Origin: the human T2T-CHM13v2.0 reference genome, Homo sapiens
DNA length: 64,000 nt
Reading direction: 5' to 3' (one strand)
Assembly: GCF_009914755.1 (NCBI RefSeq)
Contig: NC_060931.1
This document shows positions 54,941 to 64,000 of the stretch, in pieces. A program made the translations under genes and the position numbers. A model generated the notes under the pieces. The model saw only the letters and a list, made by a program, of their open reading frames with translations. It was not told the origin of the DNA and made no database searches. Each line of letters opens with the position of its first letter. Within the stretch, counting starts at the first letter, position 1.

Positions 54941-55560
54941 AAACAGCTCTTTCTGAGGTTGGGAAGGAATCATTCTTTCCAATGGCATCGTTGCCCAGCG
55001 TTGGCCAGACTGTGATCTGTTTCTGTCCAAGAATGAAGACAGCTTTCCCTTTCTAAAGCTGTTCTCAGCTGTTCCCTCATTTCACAAGCTGCTTTCCAGC
55101 TCTGATGTCTGTGGTTGCTGTAGCAGCAGGCTAAGCCACACCTGACCCACAGAAGGACATGAGGTTGGTTCTACCTCACAGAGAGAAGCTGAAATTTTTG
55201 TTCCTATTAACACAAAGATAAGGGGCTCGGAAGTGTGCCTGAGCGAATGGGACTGACAGTAGCAATGACGGTGGAAGAAAGCCCAAGAACGTCTCCACAG
55301 AGGGATGCCTGGCAACACAGGAGCAGGCCCACATGGCCAGCATCTCTGAGGTTTACCTTACCCCCAACAGGCACAGCTGGCCTCTCTGCCCCATGCATGA
55401 CTTGCCACATCCCTGAAATACGAATTGCATGAATTTTATGCTGGAACAAGCTGCAGAGTGATCAGTCACATTTGCAGCCCTGTGGACTATGGCTATTGGA
55501 CTGTACAATTAAAATTAAGTTTGACATTAAATCTAAAACAAAATTTTTTGAAAATAAAAA

Positions 55561-55951
<391 letters not shown>

Positions 55952-56744
55952 CGAGACTATTTTTAAAAAAATACATTTACAAAATAAGATACATTTAAAA
56001 GTAAGTTGTCTCATCTGACGGCAGCCATGCCTGGGACACTGCTCCAAAGGCAATCTTAGCAGGGACTCAAATCTGATTGTTACTGCTGGGTCTTCTCCCT
56101 GACCCTGGGGAGTATAACTACAGAATCATTCATGCAGCATTTGCAACTTACCAAAGGGTAACTTTCCACAGTTCCCAGCGTTAGCTTAGCAACCAGAGCT
56201 GCAGAATATGCCGTCCTGGGCAGAAAAGGGAATGGTGAGTACTGTCAGTTGAGCTTTGCATCTTCTCTACCTTGTTGAGGACATAACATCTCCATCAGAG
56301 ATTCTTACAAACCCACCACCCCCCGACACACCCCCAAGAAGAAAAGCCTGGGAAGTTCTTTCTACCCACATGCCATCTTTAGAAGTTCTCCAACTTTATG
56401 GTAGAGGTCATCCCGTCCTGGAAATGTCAGAGAGGAAGATTATAGAAGCTGGTCAGGAACTTAATGAACATTTCCTGCAATACACTCATTGTGGCTAGTG
56501 TCACCAACTTTAACAAGTGACATTAACAAGAGGCTTATCTAGCTAGCCTGAGTCAGTTTTGTGCCTCGGTGTGAAAGCTATTTCTAGTACCATTTTGCTT
56601 ATAGCCAGGAATAGTTCATATCAAAACTGTGGACCAGAGTTCATTTTTAGAGGACAGAGCTGCTAAGCAGAAAGTGACAGGGGGCCCAACCTCACCCTCC
56701 TAGCTCCTTCCCTGTTGACTTAACCTTTTGAAAACATAGACATG

Positions 56745-57426
<682 letters not shown>

Positions 57427-60400
57427 TTAAGCTAGAAGACAAAGAGGAACTAGTGAGGGGTGTGTGACATCAGCCAAAGCTGTTGGCAGGGATGTGTCCT
57501 AGAAGGCAGAACTTTCAGCTTCCTCAAGGTCGTTCCTTAGTCGTTGCCACTGAAAAATGGGTCTCGATGGGACTTTGAAAAAAACAGACCTGGCATCTAG
57601 TGAGTTGCTGAAACTTGCCAGCTGTAAGATCTGGAGTGTTTCTTTTAAACTGTAGGCCGGTTTCCTCATCTGTAGGATTATGTCACACTATCTACCCTGA
57701 TTTCATAAGGTAATGCTATGTGAGAATGCTCTCACTTAACTTGGAAGAAGGTCAAAGCAGGATGATGTTACTTTCCTCAATTCTCTTTTAAAGACTTTCT
57801 TGAGTGCTGGATGCCATGAGGGAAAGCGTATCCGAAACACTCATGTTTCTCATGGCACTGATCTAGGGCTCAGGGGACTTTGCACATCATTGTGTTTTAC
57901 CTGATGTTTAATCCCAGGCCTGACAGTGGCCCTGCCTCAGATCTCACGTCAGATGGGGGCGGGTGGGGAGGACAAAGCCTTCCAGCCTCTGTTTCTCCAG
58001 TGCAGTCAACAGAATGAGCTCCTGTCCCAAGAGCCTGCAGGATATACCAACCTGAGAGTCAGACTTCAGCCTGCAGCTCCACAATAAAAAAAAATAAAGC
58101 AAGAGTAGCCCCTGCAAGACGCCAAAACAACTACGGAGCAGATCACCATGGAAAATGCCTCAGCCAGACATGTCCAGGTCCTTCAGAAACACATTGCTCA
58201 TAGAGAAATAAGTTTTTGCAGGTGTAGTGAGAGTCAACATGAACATAAACCAGGCAGTTCGTCAGTGGCCGATTCAGAAGCCGGAGCCAAGGGTCCTGAC
58301 TGAGGGAACTGAGGCACACACCTTTACTCTCTGGGTCTTAGCTTTAAGTTGGGGAGAGGGTGGGTTAGATCTCTGCTTTCCACAAGTTCTAAAAAATGTT
58401 CAAAGGCATTAAGTAGGGGAAAGATGATCTAATAAGTTTGGAAAATTCTGGATTCAATGCAATTTGCTTACTTATCCTAAGATTTAGAAGCTATTTTAAG
58501 CTGAAATTCTCCACGGCTCCCAGAAGGGGTGTGATATGCAGTTTTAGCCCAAACTTACCTTGCCATGATATCTTCTTTCCAGGAACGTCAGTTGTGACTG
58601 ATAACATGCTGGACCCGTGTTGGGAAAACTGAACTGGATGATCTCAAAGGCCTTTTCCCTTCAGATATTCTCTGACTGTGACTGCTTGAAGGAGGCCAAG
58701 AATTAGAGTTTCATGTCAGAGGCCCTCATTGCTAAAGAAGTAGAGGCTCAGTGTGATTGGGAAGGCCCACGTGGAACTAGGTCATCCCCTTCAGCTGCTT
58801 CCCAACCACTGCTCTGTAATTACAATGTGCATCCAGGAAGTTATCAAAATCCTGTTTGGAGAATATTGGATTAGCAGAATGTTTGATTAAATCAATAAGT
58901 GGAATACTAAGGGGTTTTTCTCTTACTAATTACATCTGGAGGAACTAACCTCGTCTGTAGGGATAGACTAGGAAGCTATGTTTCTTATGTAAATGAAGAT
59001 AGCCTAAGGAAAAAATATCTGGAAAAGGTACCCTTTCAACTCTGATTTGTAAATGTCAAATAGAGGTGCTCAAGGAGAAAAGAATAAACAATTTCATGAA
59101 ACTCAACATAAATTCTAATTATAATAGGAATAGTTGAATTCATAAATTGTGTACTCTCTGAAAAGTTAAATATTAGCCTGAAAATACAAAAAGGACTTGG
59201 ATATTTCATTTTTACACTCTTACATACACACAACTTTTTCCTCCCAATAAATAAAACGATATTTTTGAGGGACAAATTTGGCAAGTTTTGCAGATGAGGG
59301 TGAGACCTTATTCACTTCCTCCTAAATTTAACCTAGGTTAAGAATATTTTCAGTCACTATTTGTTGAATTCTAGGTCTTAGTGTTCTACCTGGTCACAAT
59401 TTGTATTGAGACAGAAACCAGTGAACTCAAATCTTCATCAGCCCTCATTATCAGAAAACTTTGGCTGGACAGCTGATTGATTTGCTGGTTTTACTGCTGG
59501 CTTAATATTGATCTGACTATGTATTTCCCTTGGCTCGCTAAATATATACAAATCAAGAGAGGTTTTTGATGTCTTAAAAGGAAACGAGTAACTGACTAGA
59601 GTTATTGCCTAAGACCCAATATGCAATTCAGCTTAACCCACAGGGCACCTGCCATGGGCCACTTAATGAGGACACCATCCACCACTGCTCATGCTGCAAG
59701 CTGCCAATGCCCTTCTTACCCCTTCACCTCATTTACCCCATTATCTGTAATCTGAAATTACCATCACCTCCCCTCCCACTATATTTTTTATCCCTCTCTT
59801 CTTCCTCCTCACTTCCCATGACGACACCTCTGCTTCAGGTCCTCATTTCAGTTCAGTAGTCTCGAAAGATCTCTCTTCCCATTCTTTCTTCAAATGCATC
59901 GTGTCCTCCTCAGATAAAAAGATCTTTCTTGTCTTCAGTGGGTTTCCACTGCCTAAAGGATAACATCCCTATTCCTTATTCATCAAAAAATCTTCCATTG
60001 GGTGGCCCTGATTATCTGGCTTTATCCCTCACTGGGCCACCAGGAGATGCCACACGTGAAACCACATGGCACAGCTCCCCCTCCCGGTATATACAGCACG
60101 TTGTTGTGTCTCTGCCCTTTGGTCAATAGTATTCTCTTTCCAAGAATGCCTTCCCCACACTTTTCTTCTAGCAAAACATTGCTCATTCATTCAAGCCTGG
60201 CTCATGTTGCTCCTCTGTAATGCTATCCTACTTTGCCTTAAATGACCACTCCTTCCTTTGTGTTCTGCACTATATTGTTTATATCGTTGTCCGTTGGATT
60301 CATGCATGTCTCTTTTGTCACTAGCAGTGATATACATAAACATCCCAAAAAAAAAGTAGCTCTGGGACAGGAATGTGTCAGAGGCCTTAGAAATGGTATT

Positions 60401-60439
60401 TTATTTAGTCTTTAAAAATAAGTCATGTTATTATATACC

Positions 60440-60530
60440 TCATAGAAACAGGCTCACAGAGGAGAAATTGAATGCCCCAGGTCACATAGCTGGTCAGCAG
60501 AGCTGGGATTCAACCCAGCTGCTCCGTGTC
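60440..60530 (-). mobile_element. MIR fragment
   Basis: AGAAACAGGCTCACAGAGG...CCCCAGGTCACATAGCTGGTCAGCAGAGCTGGGATTCAACCCAG. Confidence 0.75.
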
Positions 60531-61898
60531 ACCCTTTGCATTGCTTCCTGTTACTTCTCCACTGTTATCCCACCTGAGCCTGTGTGCCTTCCTGGGGATT
60601 AGTCAATGTGAGGGTGGCTCCAATACTGTGTTTCTGTTGTTCTGAAGGGCTCTGTTCTTTGTTCATCCTTTGTTAGGAGATGTGAAGACATTCTGAGGGA
60701 GTGGAAGATAGGCTGCCCATCCTCAGGGCTCAAGAGCTGGAGAGAGGGGATAAATGAGGAAGTGCTTTGAAAGTGGACACAGGATGACATTAGTTAGGCA
60801 TGAGGCATAATACTGCTGGGAGAATACAGGAAAGTCATTCTCCTTCGACTTCCTCACATTATAGTTTTTGTACAATTTGGAGTTAATCAAAGAGTAGATA
60901 AACCGAGAAAAATGTGTGTTCAACAGGAAAAATGGCAGGGTGGGGCTGTTCTAAACCTGGGGCAGCAGTTCCCCACTGTATCTGGGACAGAGTCATTTAA
61001 TTTCAGTAGTGGCTTTTGAATCTGTGAGGCCCACTTGATCTTCTACTCCCATCAGCTCAGTGACTCATTCTCCCGGCAAAGACTTGGCGTCATCCCAGGG
61101 AGGCAGAGAGGCCAACTCAGTGGTACCCACAGGACCGAGTGAGTCTCTCACAGGCTGCATCCACGCCCCCCATGGCCTCTGCTAATGAGGTCCACACCTC
61201 TGCTCAGCAGCCTGCCAACGTGATGGGACACACCCCATGCTGGAAGAGCTCCCAAACCAGACTTTGTGGAAACTTGTGGCTGCAGGTTCAAAAGGCTAAT
61301 TTGGTTTTCCACTGTGCACAGGGCTGCCACTCAGTGCAGTCTTCAGATTGAGAACACTTCCTCCCACTATGGGCAGTTTGGCGTGAATGAGTGAGATACG
61401 TAGTTTCTGGATAGCACCCAGGGGAATGCCGAGGATGTGCACACAAAGCAAGGCTGACTGTTCCTTTGCTGTTTGTCTACTTTTTCCCATTTTGTGCTGA
61501 GACTCATCTTTCCAGCACAAACACCAGGGTGAGGAATTGGAATTTTAGTGCTGGAAGTCTCCAGAACTATGATCTAGTGCTCATTCCCTCTGATCCCATT
61601 GCCCTGACATTATCTGATGCTTCCACAGCTCCTTGTACAGGGAGGTGTGGAGTTGGGAGAGCAGCAGCCTGTGGTACAGGGCTGCCCACAGGGAAGGAAG
61701 AAGACATGGCGGGGACATGGCCTGACTCCCGATGTGCTCCTTCCTGTAGGGTCTTCCACATGGCTGGGCTCCCTCCCGTCCCAGCACACATCCTGGGTCC
61801 ATGTGACCTTGAGCTTCACAAGGTCAAATCTGTGCAGATCCAAATGGTGTGTGGATCTAATTTTCTTCCTCAAGAAGCCTTGCACAATCTGGCCCTGC

Positions 61899-63264
61899 AT
61901 GCTTCCTCTGAGCCCACACTTCCTGTGAGCATACACTTCCTGTAAGTGTATACTTCCTTTGAGCGTACACTTCCTGTGAGCTTACACTTCCCATGAGCTT
62001 ACACTTCTTGTGAGTGAACACCTCCTATGAGCCCACATTTCCTGTGAGCCCACACTTCTTGTGAGTGTACACTTCCTATAAGTGTATACATCCTGTGATC
62101 ATATATTTCCTGTGAGCATACACTTCCTGTGAGCTTACATGTCCTGTGAGTGTATACTTCCTGTGAGTTTACACTTCCTGTGAGCTCTCACTTCCTGTGA
62201 ACCCACACTTCCTGTGAGTGTACACTTCCTGTGAGCACACCCTTCCTGTGAGCTTACACTTCCTGTGAGTGAACACTTCCTGTGAGCCCATACTTCCTCT
62301 GTGTATACTTCCAGTGAGTGTATACTTCCTATGAGCCCATATTTCCTATGTGTTTACCTCCTGTGAGCCCACACTTCCTATGTGTACACTTCCTTTGAGC
62401 CCACATAGTGAGTGTACACTTCCTGTGAGCACACACTTCCTATCTGTGCACTTCCTGTAAGCCTACACTTCTTGTGAATTTATACTTCTATGAGCCCATA
62501 GATCCTATGTGTATACTTCCTGTGAGCCCACATTTCCTCCGATGGTATACTTCCTGTGAGCACACACTTCTTATCTATGCACTTCCTATAAGCCCACACT
62601 TCCTGTGAGCTCACACTTCCTATGAGGCCACACTTCCTATCTGTGCACTTCCTTTGAGCATACACCTCCTATCTATGCACTTCCTAAGAGAGCATGCTTC
62701 CCGTGAGCCCACATTTCCTATCTGTGTACTTCCTGTGAGCATACACTTCCTATCTGTGCACTTCCTGTGAGCATACACTTCCTATCTGTAAACTTCCTGT
62801 GAGCATACACTTTCTGTGCACTTCCTCTAAACACATACTTCCTCTCTGTGCAATTCCTGTGAGCCCACACTTACTATGATATACACTTCCTGTGAGTATA
62901 CACTTCCCATGAGCCCCCCTTCCTCTGTGCAATTCCTGTGAGCACACAGTTCCTCTCTGTGCACTTCCTGTAGCACCACTTTCTCTCTATGCACTTATTC
63001 TGAGCACACACTTCCTATCTGTGCACTTCCTGTGACTGTACACTTCCTGTGAGTATACACTTTCTGTGAGCCCATGCTTCCTCTCTGTGCACTTCCTGTG
63101 AGTACCACTTTCTCTCTGTGCACTTCCTGTGAGCCCACACTTTCTGTGAGTGTACACTTCTTATGAGTATACACTTCCTGTGAGCCCACACTTCCTCTAT
63201 GCACTTCCTGTGAGCACACACTTCCTCTCTGTGCACTTTCTCTAAGTCCACACTTGCTGTGTGC
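61899..63264. repeat. 17/15-bp minisatellite array (~80 units) built on the ETS motif ACTTCCTGT
   Basis: Unit ACACTTCCTGTGAGYNN (17 bp); 15-bp variants CACTTCCTATCTGTG and CACTTCCTCTCTGTG alternate in the distal half. Confidence 0.97.
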
Positions 63265-64000
63265 ATTCTCACCTGCACAATCACTCTTGCTCTTGGGGTT
63301 CTTGCACATGATTCTTTACCACCCCAGAACTCTGGAAGGTGTTGCTTTCTGAGACCTACCTCTCTTGTGTTTCTCCAATGCCAGTTCATCCATAGATTTC
63401 TTCCTAAATACCACTGGCCTCCCTGTGCAGTGCTTTCACTGGGACCTGTGTTTTTTCTTGGTGGCACTTACATAGAAGGATTGTTGTTTAATGACAGTCG
63501 ACTCCAAGACTGTCATTGGTAGATGGTGGCTTCCAAAATGGCAGAACCAAGTCAGCCTTGTTCTTTGTGGTATCTCCAGGGTCAGCCTTCCCTGGTGTTC
63601 CCAAATGTTCCCTAACTGAAAGGATGTATTACAGTTGGGCTTCCTCTCCCTAGGAGACATAATTAAATTTAAAAGTGGGCTTGGGTTGTTTGTAGTATGC
63701 AGTTTTTTACAGGGGAACCACAGAATCTTTATTCCAGATTTTTGAAAAGGTGCGCGGTGCATTTCATTTAGTCCGGTAAGCCGTATTTTTGTGTTCTGTT
63801 GTCAATACATTTTCAGACACACATCACTTGCGAAACTCCTAAAATCTTTTCAAAATGCTCTCACAAGCACATAAACACATATCTTCTTCCTTATTACTCA
63901 GGCACTTCAGACCCAGAGAATTGCTTTTAGAGATCTTGATCATAATACCTCAAAGACAGTTTTCTTTAGGAAGATAAAGAACACTAAAATGTTAATAATA

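Noticed and set aside
62480-63467. Periodic AHRKC/QEVHR ORFs resembling zinc-finger-like repeats
   Set aside because: Read-through of the 17/15-bp minisatellite; no C2H2 spacing, and the 17-bp unit is not a multiple of 3

Overview
Primate (most likely human) non-coding genomic DNA, either intergenic or deep intronic. It is CpG-depleted and dominated by interspersed repeats: about 19 Alu/Alu-monomer copies, L1PB/L1MA/L1MC/L1M fragments, L2, L3, MIR, THE1/MLT1/MLT2/MER93/MER4-group solo LTRs, and MER3/MER20/MER94 DNA transposon fossils. Many have target-site duplications (TSDs) readable by eye. I find no credible protein-coding gene and cannot name the locus; the ORF track is mostly Alu, L1 and simple-repeat read-through plus short frames of chance length. 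Structure not explained by ordinary repeats: (1) a diverged ~435-bp inverted duplication of apparently non-TE sequence (7485-7920 vs 10296-10731), interleaved with an inverted AluY pair; (2) a 1.36-kb 17/15-bp tandem array of same-strand ETS motifs with PU.1 and GATA variants (61899-63264); (3) a 70-bp VNTR built from an Alu-monomer insertion junction; (4) a 35-bp minisatellite carrying consensus 5' splice sites; (5) a compact cluster of sense and antisense splice signals at 44.8-45.3 kb, suggesting lncRNA exons; (6) a strong CTCF motif at 22777. Repeat subfamily names come from recalled consensus sequences and should be confirmed with RepeatMasker/Dfam.
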